In this document: one piece after another, positions 12,829-23,635 of the stretch
How the letters are laid out: each line of letters opens with the position of its first letter
Position numbering within the stretch: position 1 is the stretch's first letter
DNA from: Asterionella formosa
Lineage: Eukaryota
Direction: 5' to 3'
DNA length: 64,000 nt
Assembly (NCBI GenBank): GCA_002256025.1
Contig: NKIB01005148.1
Location: 62,001-126,000, forward strand
The notes under the pieces: generated by a model
What the model was told of the DNA's origin: nothing
What the model saw: the letters and a program-made list of their open reading frames with translations, nothing else
The model's database searches: none
Program-made: the position numbers and the translations under genes

Positions 12829-13587
12829 GGGCGCGCTCTGATAATAAAAAATTATTTTATCATGTGTATACCGGGTAATAATACAAATCGTTGTACTCAT
12901 AACCCCAAAATTTGTGTTTGTGTTGACCAAATTTTTTACAGTTATAAATAACAGTGCATTTATAAAAAGATGTTTAGGCATGAATAACTATATAGAATTT
13001 CCCGGAATATTTCAAGACTTGCTCGCTCATACTCAAAATGGCTTGCTCTTGCCAAAATAGGTATGCATATCATTACATATCAATCAACCTCCTCAATACA
13101 TTGATCGTCATCGCTTTTAGATTTCGACCATGTCTTCATCTTCTTCTGGTCAAAGGAGAGCAGCCAGGGAGGGCTTCCCTTCCTCTCCAAGGCTGCTTGA
13201 ACATCGCCATCACCAACAAGAACAACAACAGACTCAACCAGAAGAAGAGGAGGAGGACAACGATGAGAATGAGGATGACACTGGTGCTGATGAGTTTGCC
13301 AGTGACGATGAGGACAGTAGGATGGGTGTCCCAGGTGTTTCTCAGATTGATGTTTCTGGGGTTACTCAGTCCCCATCAAGGAACAACAACGTTTTTTCAC
13401 ATGCTCCTACTAGTTCAGTTTCAAGAATGGCAACTGCCAGGCGACCACCAACATTTCCAAGAGCTGGCCGAAGCATGCAGAGTCGGGGTCAACAGTTCAG
13501 GATCAATGAGATTCAACAGTCAAACTTTCCCTGAACTATGGCGTCTTATTTACTGGTGGATAGCACATTGCTAACAGTAGCGATGTG

Positions 13588-13624
<37 letters not shown>

Positions 13625-13907
13625 GGAGATGAGATGAAAGTCGACATGGTCAGTGACCGACAGTGATGAATATTTAGGACTCATGCATGTAATGAACAAG
13701 AGGCGGCATAGCATACAAGAGGATGCATCGATATGAAAATTTAACTGTTGAAAATTAAAGTTAAAAAAATATATCTAATGTCAGAGAAGTAATCTAAAAT
13801 ATCTCTATTATCAGAGCGCAAGGACGATATTATGTAGCAGATCACCAGAATAATTTGTGTTATAATTCACACATGATACAATAACTTTTTATTATCAGAG
13901 CGCACCC
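12829..13907. mobile_element. Non-autonomous, internally deleted PIF/Harbinger element (1079 bp)
   Basis: ~39-bp TIRs (left GGGCGCGCTCTGATAATAAAAAATTATTTTATCATGTGT; right reverse complement GGGTGCGCTCTGATAATAAAAAGTTATTGTATCATGTGT). 3-bp TSD AGT at 12826-12828 and 13908-13910. Segment 13512..13850 is homologous to the 5' end of the transposase remnant at 22270..22490. Confidence 0.88.
13588..13623 (+). repeat. (ATC)12 microsatellite inside the Harbinger derivative
   Basis: Directly visible. A shorter homologous (ATC)n tract lies at ~22358..22378. Confidence 0.95.
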
Positions 13908-14412
13908 AGTATCGACATAACTGCATGTACCTCTCAAAACACAACTACCGGTACTTATTACCGGTACCGGTATGTACCAGTAGTCTTATAACACATACTA
14001 TGATGGAATCGAGTCAACGATTGATATTTTAGTTATTAGAAACCAAGACATGCGATGTCGATGTCGCAATAAATTGAGATCCTCATTTATAGTCATATGA
14101 ATTGAGATGATTATTTATTGTAGAAGCAAGAAAAAATCGTATTGACGAAGTTTTAGCCATGAATGACCAATTATTTTTCCTCATGATTGCTTTACCCGAA
14201 TTTCCACCACAATAATTCAATTTACATCTTCCTTACATGGGCCATGAAAATCAAGCAACCTTCTGGAAAATCTGTAACTATTTCTTGTGCTCATTAAAAT
14301 GGGAGTGGGATTTGCGATAAGCCCAGTATGTTTGATGAATTTTTTGAGAATCAACTGGCTGCTAAATTAAATTTCAACATTGGCACGTCCCGCATGCTGG
14401 TCTTGGTCCCTG

Positions 14413-14572
14413 GCTGGTGTACAAGAAAAAGTGGGTTGCCTCCTTTAATACATTGTTGTGCCACATTCCTAGACAGTCTGATTCCCCTAATGCTGCTGCT
14501 AAGGTGGTTGGGGACTCATAATCCTCTACACTAACAAAACTAGGGAAGTACAGGTCATGTCAGCAGGTTGTC
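14413..14572 (+). repeat. Second copy of the body of the 8.0-8.4 kb repeat
   Basis: GTGTACAAGAAAAAGTGGGTTGCC...TTCCTAG...AAGGTGGTTGGGGAC...CTAACAAAACTAGGGAAGTACAGGTC aligns with the reverse complement of 8095..8268. Confidence 0.8.
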
Positions 14573-14882
14573 AGCATAATCAACAAAAACCCAGAGCTTT
14601 TGGCAAGTGCAAATTGGCTATGAAACTGGCATCACTTTCCTGCACATTAAAAGTGACTAGTGGTATGCTTCATATGGTATAATCATGTGCAGGACTGGTC
14701 TACTGTTGGTGGTCACCACAGTTTCAATTTAGGTGGATTGCTGCTGTGTATAGATTGATACAGTGCTAGATCATACTCCAATTTCCTATATAAGCCCTAC
14801 TTAATATTAATATATTTGTAGACTGACCATCACTCAATCTACTAGCTCCAAAATGCAGAAATACATGCATACTCTGCCTCCT

Positions 14883-16073
14883 TTAATAGAAGCATGGGTC
14901 CACAAACCATTTATAGTCAATTTGACCACAACACGGACAAATCACCTCAAGGCAATCTAGACCAAGGGCTGAAAAGAGCTGGGGCGAGCCATATGGTTCG
15001 CACAGGCTAGTAATATCGCCCGTCAAGTCATTCTTTTGGATATACAAAGTGGCTGCAAAATATAGGAAGCAATCATCTGTAAGTGACAGTGAGACCACCA
15101 CTGGTTTTCTTCGCAACAAATTATTCCACTTACATAGGACTCCGTTTGCGCGAATATCTGTACTGAAGGTACCATTGAATTTATTTTCATTCAAATAAAG
15201 TACAGTCAAGACAGGAAGCTGTCCGAGAGGCAAAGCCGGAAGTGTCCCTGTCAAGTCATTCTGTCGAAGCCACAACGAGCGCAAGGTTTGAAAGTAGTTG
15301 ATTTCATCTGGTACGGTTCCCACCAAATTGTTATTGGACAAGTCCATCTCCTCAAGTACCATTCCAAAAAAATCACAGGTTATACCATACCAATCGCAAA
15401 AGTTCGATCCTGTTAACCAATTGTCAGAATGGGTCCAGTTAGCCCCGCCATTGTTGTAATACAACACCGCCAGGGCAAAGCGTACAATCAGCTGGGATGA
15501 GTCGGTGGGGACATATGCAGGATCTTGGAACATAATCCAAGCCATGGCACGTTGTACCGCGGGAGACATGTCGGTCACTTTCTGCTCGTAAAAAGCAACG
15601 TCGCTCGGTAGCAACGGGATCGTGGTGGCGTTCAAAATGGGGTTGAAGGTTGTGGCATTCAAAATGGCAGCCAGTTGGTCTTCAGGAGATGGATGCATGG
15701 AGGGAGCCATGGTGGGAGAGGACACAGGCGACCTAGTTGACACGGCAGTTGAGCCGTTATCCTTGGTGAGCAATATGACAACAACTACAATGACCGCGAT
15801 TATAACTGCCGTGACAAAGATTCCCACTGCCATTATTTCCCGCTTGCTCACGTTGCCCCACTTGCCTGTTTCTTGGACATCTTTAAACTCAGGATTAATT
15901 TCTCGCTTGGGTTTCTTCTTGAGGCTGGTGCCTGCTGGTGTGCTTGTTGAGGTGCGCTGAGATTTCATGGAGGAGGGATCCGGGAGGGGATCGTCGTCAG
16001 GAGGAGGCATGGGAGCTGCTAGGGGGTCAATATCGTTGTACTCGTCTGGAAAGTTATCGCCGACTGGTTTCAT
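14883..16073 (-). CDS. Single-pass membrane LRR protein, paralog of 11040..12319 (intron 15053..15133)
   Basis: Same architecture, shared EINP.FKDV.ETGKWG.V.K.E juxtamembrane motif and DPC C-terminus. The 81-bp GTAAGT..TTTTGCAG intron sits at the same phase-1 position as in the paralog. Confidence 0.9.
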   Translation of the reverse strand: MKPVGDNFPDEYNDIDPLAAPMPPPDDDPLPDPSSMKSQRTSTSTPAGTSLKKKPKREINPEFKDVQETGKWGNVSKREIMAVGIFVTAVIIAVIVVVVILLTKDNGSTAVSTRSPVSSPTMAPSMHPSPEDQLAAILNATTFNPILNATTIPLLPSDVAFYEQKVTDMSPAVQRAMAWIMFQDPAYVPTDSSQLIVRFALAVLYYNNGGANWTHSDNWLTGSNFCDWYGITCDFFGMVLEEMDLSNNNLVGTVPDEINYFQTLRSLWLRQNDLTGTLPALPLGQLPVLTVLYLNENKFNGTFSTDIRANGVLCKWNNLLRRKPVVVSLSLTDDCFLYFAATLYIQKNDLTGDITSLCEPYGSPQLFSALGLDCLEVICPCCGQIDYKWFVDPCFY

Positions 16074-18152
16074 TCCTGATGTGTTCAGCTGGAGGCAAGG
16101 AGGCGAGGAGAGGCTGATCTGGGTGATTGCAAAAACAAATTCTGGTGCAAAAAAGGGGAGCGAAGAACAACTGGGACAATTTGAAACGATTATAATCCTC
16201 TAGTGATAGAATGGCGCTTGATGAAAATCTTTGTCGTAAAATCCTATGTAGGGGTAACAGATGCGATGACCTGCATCCAGAACAAGCATACATACTGGTA
16301 GGCATAGGTACCGCCAGTACATGACATGCACTACGTACCTCTTTGTGGATGTAGTACAGTGGCAATTCCCGTTCCAGCTACTATCGTCTTGCCATTCGGG
16401 TACTTCTAAGTAATTTTTAAACTTTAAGTAATTTGTCAAGTAATCTTTATTTAGGGGCAATATGGGGCACATCGAATTTTTCGGGATTAAAATTGCCGAT
16501 TTTAGCATGACAACCAGAATAACGGTAATATGCATAGAGATGGTAATAAAACACTAGAGAATGATTGTAACATGCAACATCAATGAAAATTGAACATGAT
16601 GTTTGGAGCAACCAAAGTATGAAATATGATGTAATAAGTAGTGTCAAATGAGAAATAGAAAAAATTGTTTTGGGTTAGAAATGAAGTAAAAAATAGGAGT
16701 TTCAATGTGGTATTGTGACTCATTGTAGTACTTACACAGGCAACATTGACTTTCCATCACCACACAATCAAAGACCGAAATAAGAAGAAAAAAGCTGAAC
16801 CCCATTTAGACCTGCATCATTATGCAGTGTATTTGATCTGGTTGCTGCAACCATTCACATCGCTGTAGTAGTCCGACACCAGTAGCAGTCTTTCTGCCAC
16901 AGGCATTCCTCCCACCAAACAACCCTGATCATTCCATTCTGAGCAAGCGTGATCGCCAGGCTGCTCCAGCACTATCGACTCCCTCTAGCTGAATATTGAT
17001 ATGTAGAACTCATAGTAGAAAGGTAGCAAAGCGCGTTAGTAAAAGAAAAGCATTGCTTGGCAGCAATATTGACATAATTGTCAACGACTATACAAAACAA
17101 CAAATAAGATCAACAACAATCATCAAAGAGTAGGCATTGAGACATACATCGGACTTTGTGTAGATAGATACAACAGAACCAAAATGACAGTACAGAACGA
17201 CAAACAACAATGGAAGCAATCAAAATGGACCATGGAAGCAACCAAATCAGAAATTCGACAATTAGTATCTACATTCCACATTCAGTGTTTCACTGCTGTA
17301 CTCACTGATCCGCTATAACTAACATAACAAGCACCAGACAATGGGATCAAAAGAAAGTCGAAAGGTCCCTGTTCCAAGCCCGAATTGAGCAATGTCAGGC
17401 AGGATAGAGTGAGAATTATAATCGTGAGGACGAAATCGGGCATACGTAAAATCAATGAATATGTGAAGCAAATAATTTAACATACTTGCCTTGTAAATCT
17501 AATACCAAGTCTATAGCATGTATATTTTAATAACGTGTTCAAAATAAGCAACAAAGTTTAGCTTAAACCATGCATTGTTGTTTTCAGTACCACATACATA
17601 TGCAGGCTAGATGACTAGAATAAACATTAAGCACATAGATGACCGGAGCAAAAACATGCTGCCAACATCAGATATACCAATATCATCATTTGTCCAAAGA
17701 TGCATGAACAATACAAATAAATGAATCCCACGAGAAGACAAGCAACTAGATTGTGAATTAATTGCACAGGTAAGGCTCCCTTCTTGTAATCTTGTGTACT
17801 GGTACTCAACTTGGGAGGCCCTCACAGGTTGACCTTCTTGCAGCACTGGGGGCACACTTGTTTGGTCGCATCTCCCAAGCCTCAAACACAAGAATACTCA
17901 CAGGCAGTCTCCACCATCAGACATTTCATACCTTCAGCAAGCCTTCCTGTAAATCGAATTATTCTACTATGCTGTACCATTACCTGGTTTACTGCATGTC
18001 CTATCCATGTACTGGATATGAACAAGAATAGAAGGGCTCTCTCTCTCTGTATCGGAACCAAGGAATAGATGGCCATGGAAACATCACTTAAGCACTAATC
18101 ACAAACTCTACTAGCCTACTGCACCCTATCCATACTGCATGCACGCCTATTT

Positions 18153-18881
18153 CTAGAAACTTGCCACAATATCTTCCATTCTCACCACTCTGTAATCTTC
18201 TCCACCTATCTCCACTTCGGTCCCACCGAAATCTCGAAATTTGACCTTATCTCCCAACGCCACACGCATCGGAATGATCGAACCATCCCCTGCCATCTTT
18301 CCAGCTCCCACCTTAACTACTGTTCCTGTCGACGGTCGATTCTCGCCCGTTTTGCTCGTCGACAACAAAATACCCCCCGCTGTCTGTTGATCCTTCATAT
18401 CAATATGTACCAACACGTTGTCGCGGATCACCTCCACAGTATCCAAGACCAGCTTCTCTCCAGTGTACTTTACCAGCACATTTTCATCTCGGACCAACAT
18501 GTGGGGTTTGCCGTTCAAATCAATTTCAATGCCATCGTATTTGCCGTAAATCACCTTTTCTCCCGCTACTAGTGGGATCTCAAAGAGTTTACCAGTATCC
18601 GGATGAGACTTGCCTGGACCAACCGAAATCACAGTGCCCTCGGTTTTGACAATTTTGGACTTTCCAGCGAGCAAAATGCCTTGCTCAGATTGTTCCTTGA
18701 TCCCGACGGTCTTGACGAGAATGAAATTGTTCAGTGGTTCAATGTCGCCAGCAATTCGACGTCCTTCAAGCAAATTTTCGTGCAGTTGCGTAAAACACGT
18801 TCTGGAAGGCTGTGGTGGAGCAAATCCTTGTGCGCCACTGCACAGTGCCACCAACAAGGTGAGGATGGCAATAGTTGTCAT
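18153..18881 (-). CDS. cpn20: Plastid co-chaperonin Cpn20 (two tandem GroES/Cpn10 domains)
   Basis: Signal peptide plus AQG-FAP bipartite plastid motif. Two Cpn10 repeats: PLNNFILVK...GILL...GTVISVGPG and DNVLV...TAGGILL...GTVVKVGAG...GDKVKF. Confidence 0.92.
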   Translation of the reverse strand: MTTIAILTLLVALCSGAQGFAPPQPSRTCFTQLHENLLEGRRIAGDIEPLNNFILVKTVGIKEQSEQGILLAGKSKIVKTEGTVISVGPGKSHPDTGKLFEIPLVAGEKVIYGKYDGIEIDLNGKPHMLVRDENVLVKYTGEKLVLDTVEVIRDNVLVHIDMKDQQTAGGILLSTSKTGENRPSTGTVVKVGAGKMAGDGSIIPMRVALGDKVKFRDFGGTEVEIGGEDYRVVRMEDIVASF

Positions 18882-19625
18882 GGTGGGTAATTTTTACTGA
18901 GTGTTTCGGTGTACATGTGTATTGTTCATTCAAAGTGATGGCGGATGGATCTGGCAACCACTCCTTGATGTGCCTACATACTACAAAAATATATTTTGCC
19001 TATATATATAATATTTATATATCAGTGCACCTCTATTAGACAGGTATAGTCTACTGTCTACTCCATTCCTGGAGTACGGTATTGTTACTATATAGCTACG
19101 GGTAGCGTCCATTAGGACGACGCGAGGATGTTTTGACGGCTCAACATGGCGGACAAACGTCATCGTTGCCCATCCGCCACTCGTTGTTTCGTGGGGCGGA
19201 CTTTACGACTACATAACGGTACCAGTACCTGGTACCAGGTAGTACAGGTACTGATGGTCCAGCTATTCAAAAAATGTCCTCTCATGCATTGCATGCATTG
19301 GTGCAGTTACCTATCGGAACGTACCTGTTACAGTGGTTACCAGATTACATTATGTACTCGAGGGTCGAGGGTATTACCGTATTTAGGTTTTGTTATTACC
19401 GGTGGTTATATAGCAGCATCGATGTATTGTTGACCTAAACTCGTTGTCCATCATATTACTTTCGTTCTATTCTCTCATTGAATAAATCCAGTCCACTGAA
19501 ACCTAAACATTTGACCTTGGCCTTAAGTTGAAAATGTACATATGTAGGAGCATACTCTAATTACTAGAGACATTGCGATCCTATTTTCTAACAATAACCG
19601 ATATCAACCAGCCTATGTATAGCAC

Positions 19626-20357
19626 CTAAAATTTGCAGAGAACATCCGACATTCGAATGACAGAGAACTCTTTTCCTTCAATTTCCACTGGACTTCCAGC
19701 AAGTTTGCGGAACTTAATCATATCTCCAACTTCTACTTCCATTTCCATCAGAACGCCGTTCATAGCTAACCTTCCCGGTCCCACTTTGATTACTTCACCG
19801 ATGGATTTCTTTGTCTTGCCTGAAGTTGACTTGGCAATCAGAATTCCACCTATTTCCTCTTCTTTTGTCTCTTCTACAAAAACCAACAAACTATCTCTTA
19901 ACAATGTCACACTCTCCATGGTGAGGGTTCCCGCATGTTTCACCAATACAACGTCGTCTGGGATCAACACATGCGGGTCTCCATTGTAGTTGATTTCAGA
20001 TCCTCCATACGTGTCATAAATAACACTGTCTCCTGGCGCAAGTGGCATGTCATATGCAAATCCGCTCTCTTGGTTAATCTTTCCTGGGCCAACAGACATG
20101 ACAGTTCCTTCGTTCTTCTTGGTCTTCTTCTTGGATGTTAGAAGCAATCCTCCCGCGGTTTCTTTATCGACACTGTTGAGTTTCACCAAGACCATGTTGT
20201 TGGTTGGCTTAAATTCGTTTTCGATAGTCTTTCCGTCCAAAGTTCCATCACATTTCGTTCCTGACGTTCTTGTAAAGGCAGGCGATGATTTCAATGTGAA
20301 AGCCGACACTTCCCCCAACGAAGCGAGCAAGCAGATCGAAGTTGAAAAAAGCTTCAT
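19626..20357 (-). CDS. cpn20: Plastid co-chaperonin Cpn20, tandem paralog
   Basis: VSA-FTL targeting motif. Two Cpn10 repeats: PTNNMVLVK...TAGGLLL...GTVMSVGPG and GGILI...GEVIKVGPG...GDMIKF. Confidence 0.92.
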   Translation of the reverse strand: MKLFSTSICLLASLGEVSAFTLKSSPAFTRTSGTKCDGTLDGKTIENEFKPTNNMVLVKLNSVDKETAGGLLLTSKKKTKKNEGTVMSVGPGKINQESGFAYDMPLAPGDSVIYDTYGGSEINYNGDPHVLIPDDVVLVKHAGTLTMESVTLLRDSLLVFVEETKEEEIGGILIAKSTSGKTKKSIGEVIKVGPGRLAMNGVLMEMEVEVGDMIKFRKLAGSPVEIEGKEFSVIRMSDVLCKF

Positions 20358-21904
20358 TATATCGATTTCCGTTCAATCCCAGTTGTTTGATGGTGAATTC
20401 GAAAGGATATGATAATAAAGTTTCTGAGTTACAGAAGGGATACTGTCAACAGATACCACACTGTTCTTCAGTGAGTGATCAGTGATGGCTAGATTGTGTC
20501 AAAGATCGTTACAACGTGGAGTACCCGGTACACTTGTAATCCTTGATGTTTGGTGACCATTCCTACCCATTCATCACTCCATCATGTTTTGCGTCGATAT
20601 TGACATGTGATGATAATTGTACTACCAGTACGAACATGTGAAATATACGTACGGTACTACCGGTATATTAGGTGCAGTACGTATTATGTATGTAGACGAG
20701 CAGAAAAGGATACCAGTAGTAGAAGGCACGTGCCTTGGTCGGACGAGTCGATAAATCAAGCAATGACAAAGCAAATTTTCCCGAAAAGGAAACTGTTCAT
20801 GAGTTCACCCATATTAGAAATTGTTCTGCTGTGTTTCATTTCCAGCTCAATGCACCAAGGAAAAGTTCAGACCATCCATTACTCCCCAAAAATTCTTTAT
20901 CAAAGGGTACTTCTGATGAATCGTGAATGAAATAAAGTGGTTTCGGCTGCAGTAGTAGTTAGACAAACAATGGCATCTTCATTAGTCAAAAGCACTTTGA
21001 CAATCATCTGCCCTTGAAAACCGCAACCAAATGCTCCAGGAACCATGATTTAAGCCGAAAATGATCTGCAGAATCATTGTCTGCAAATAGAAAATATCTT
21101 ATTTGTGTGATGCATTTTATGATAATGAGCCAATCATCTGATCATACAATTTCGATATATCATCTTATATGTATAATAATTATCGCCATAGAGAATATTG
21201 CTTGCTAAGTATAAATATATACATACATGTTTTTATGTAATGTTTACTGTCACACTACAACAATCAGCAGTCACACAATCAATTGACATTCATTAGGGGA
21301 TGGACGAGCATACTATGCAATACCACATCCTTGTACAAAATGGAAGAAAAGAGCGAATCAGCAATCAAATGAAAAACCGAAGTAAGACATTTCAGGCTAA
21401 ATGAGCAAACAGTGATATGAGGGGAAAGCAGAACAAGAAGGTAGATGAGTGATTGGCGAACAATTCCTTTTGAAGTTGAGTGACAGTGATGACAGTTGGT
21501 TTGTCTGCAATCAACGTGATAAGTGTGGGAAGCAAGGGAAAGGCGCAGGCAACCACAGGCGTCACCATCATGCTGCAGGAATCAAAGAACAAGCAATGGT
21601 GTTGGCATAGTGGAAGAATAGCGGCCGAAATGGCGGTTAGCAGGTTGAAAGATACAAATGATTTCTAATTATAGTAGAATTACAATCTATTTCACCATAT
21701 TTTGACCAGTCACTTTGATTAGAATTACAATCATGTTAAGATGTATACATGATGAAAGAATGTGCATCATAGGATAATGTTTTGATAATTATATGATGTG
21801 TTGTTTATTATACGTATAATTGACATGATCATATACTTATACTATACATTTATCATGATGCATATAATGAAATAAGTATTATGTGGCAAGAAATTCTGTG
21901 CCAG

Positions 21905-22545
21905 TTAGCTTACGATACCTGTGATCTTATAAATATGATATAATTTTATTTGCAGACAATATAGGATCCACAAGTTGTAGTCCATGCCAGCCCAAGTGCC
22001 AGTCAACTGATGGAACACAAGAGTCTGGGCCAACCAGATTTTGCTGTTGAATTCCTGACAATTCATTCGGTTTTTCCTAGTATAGGGACAAGTAAAGGAA
22101 TCAAAATATGGCTTGAATAGCTGGTGTAGGAGCTCAAAGGAAGCATGATCGAACCTACACAATGTGATGAGGGCATCATTATGCTTGCCATTGAACAAAG
22201 TCCAGAATGGACTTGACAATAGATGCTGTATTGCATGGCACCAGATTTTGCCACTTATTCTTCTGACCTCATCAACAGTCAAGCTTTCATGAAACAATGG
22301 CTTCTTGTTTATTGCTAGATCACATGCTGCTAGAAGTAGCAATGGGATGGATCATGTCATCATCATCATCATCATCATGAGATGAGAGGTAAGCCGACAT
22401 TGTCAGTGACCAAAAGTAATCTTAAATAATTCGATTATCAGAGCGCAATGACAATATTATATATTTATCATTTTATCACCAAAGAATATTAGTGATAAAA
22501 CATAATAATTTTGGCACAAATTAATTTGGTATTTCGAAGCGCACA
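21905..22545 (-). mobile_element. Degenerate PIF/Harbinger transposase 5' part and decayed terminus
   Basis: The translation ...RRISGKI...SPFWTLFNGKHNDALITLCRFDHASFELLHQLFKPYFDSFT resembles the N-terminus of diatom HARBI1-like DDE transposases. It shares the (ATC)n tract, GTCAGTGACC and ATTATCAGAGCGCA with 13512..13907. The remnant probably extends left to ~21.1 kb. Confidence 0.7.
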
Positions 22546-22673
22546 TTGCTTTGATTAGACGATCCACATTCTGATCGAATTTCATCAAAACAAAATCAAC
22601 TAGACCTATCCTACGTGTCTGTATCCATAATCAGATCTAAGTACCAGGAACTGGCTGTCCATCGAGAAACGCT

Positions 22674-23495
22674 ATGAAAGGCCAAAGTGAACGAAAGATA
22701 TCGGCGCCCTTGTCAAGGCGAAGAAATAAAGCGCTTTGTGCACTTCCGATCATCATTTATGGGTGGATTTTCTTGGCTGTTCTTCTTGGGCTAATTTTGT
22801 TTTATGTCTCGGTCACTGGAGCACATACCAAAGGAGCTAAAAATGGGACTGCCAAAGGTCTACGACTTGCAGGACAGTCGGATGTACACAAGAAGGAAAA
22901 GCTCCTTCTATCCACCAAGGGGCACGGTGATATCCATATAGTTCTTCGGCCCGACCTTTCCTCGGAATCGGTGGCATACATTCATGAAATGGCTAGCTCA
23001 AAGACTTGTCCGAATTGCAACTTCTATCGAGCAGATCAACGCATCTTACAAGGCATTATGAAATCTCTGGCTGTTCCAAAGGTCGAAACGAAAGGGAACT
23101 GCCCGGTTGAATATCGAGGAAAAAGTCAACCGGTGTGCCCAAAACACGATCCCGATTGTGGCTGTCATGGGTACGTTTTATTGAATCACCGTGACTGAGC
23201 GTTTCATTTTCATTTTGTATTGACCATTCTCTTGTTCCTAATTTATAAACTACAAAACAGCCCGACAATGACAAAAGGCATGGTGGGCTGGGCAGGTGGG
23301 GGGACGGGTCCGGATTTCTTCATTGATGCATTTGAAAAACCAGCAGAGTTTTGGGGTCAAGAACACACTGTTTGGGGAGAGATTCAAGATGCAGAATCTC
23401 TTGCAGTTGTTGACGCTATATTCAAATTACCGACGCATACAGATGGAATGGTCTTTCTGGACGAAAAAATTTCTTTTGAATTGCAGATTATATGA
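22674..23495 (+). CDS. Type II membrane protein with divergent cyclophilin-like domain, 2 exons (intron 23171..23260)
   Basis: Basic N-terminus plus TM helix; then GDIHIVLRPDLS.ESV, FYRA...ILQG, CHG|PTMTKGMVGWAGGGTGPDFFID...HTVWGEI. GTACGT..CAG intron restores the frame. Confidence 0.82.
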
Positions 23496-23635
23496 AGTGT
23501 TTTCAAAGATACGATGGTAGATGTAGCATTTTATCAATGAAAACCACGATACACCATAGATATAGAGTACCGGTAAAGTTTTCATAGCATTTTGTATTTG
23601 CGTCACATGGATAGTCACTGCATTCAGGCCAAAAC

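Noticed and set aside
13130..13534. Independent host gene (134-aa acidic ORF)
   Set aside because: It lies inside the TIR-bounded element, and its end is created by the deletion junction with antisense transposase sequence.
17423..17435. Hammerhead ribozyme (CGTGAGGACGAAA)
   Set aside because: No upstream CTGATGA core and no complementary stem II arm.
16700..18100. Short ORFs and possible transposon relic between the LRR and Cpn20 genes
   Set aside because: No recognisable domain, termini or second copy could be supported.
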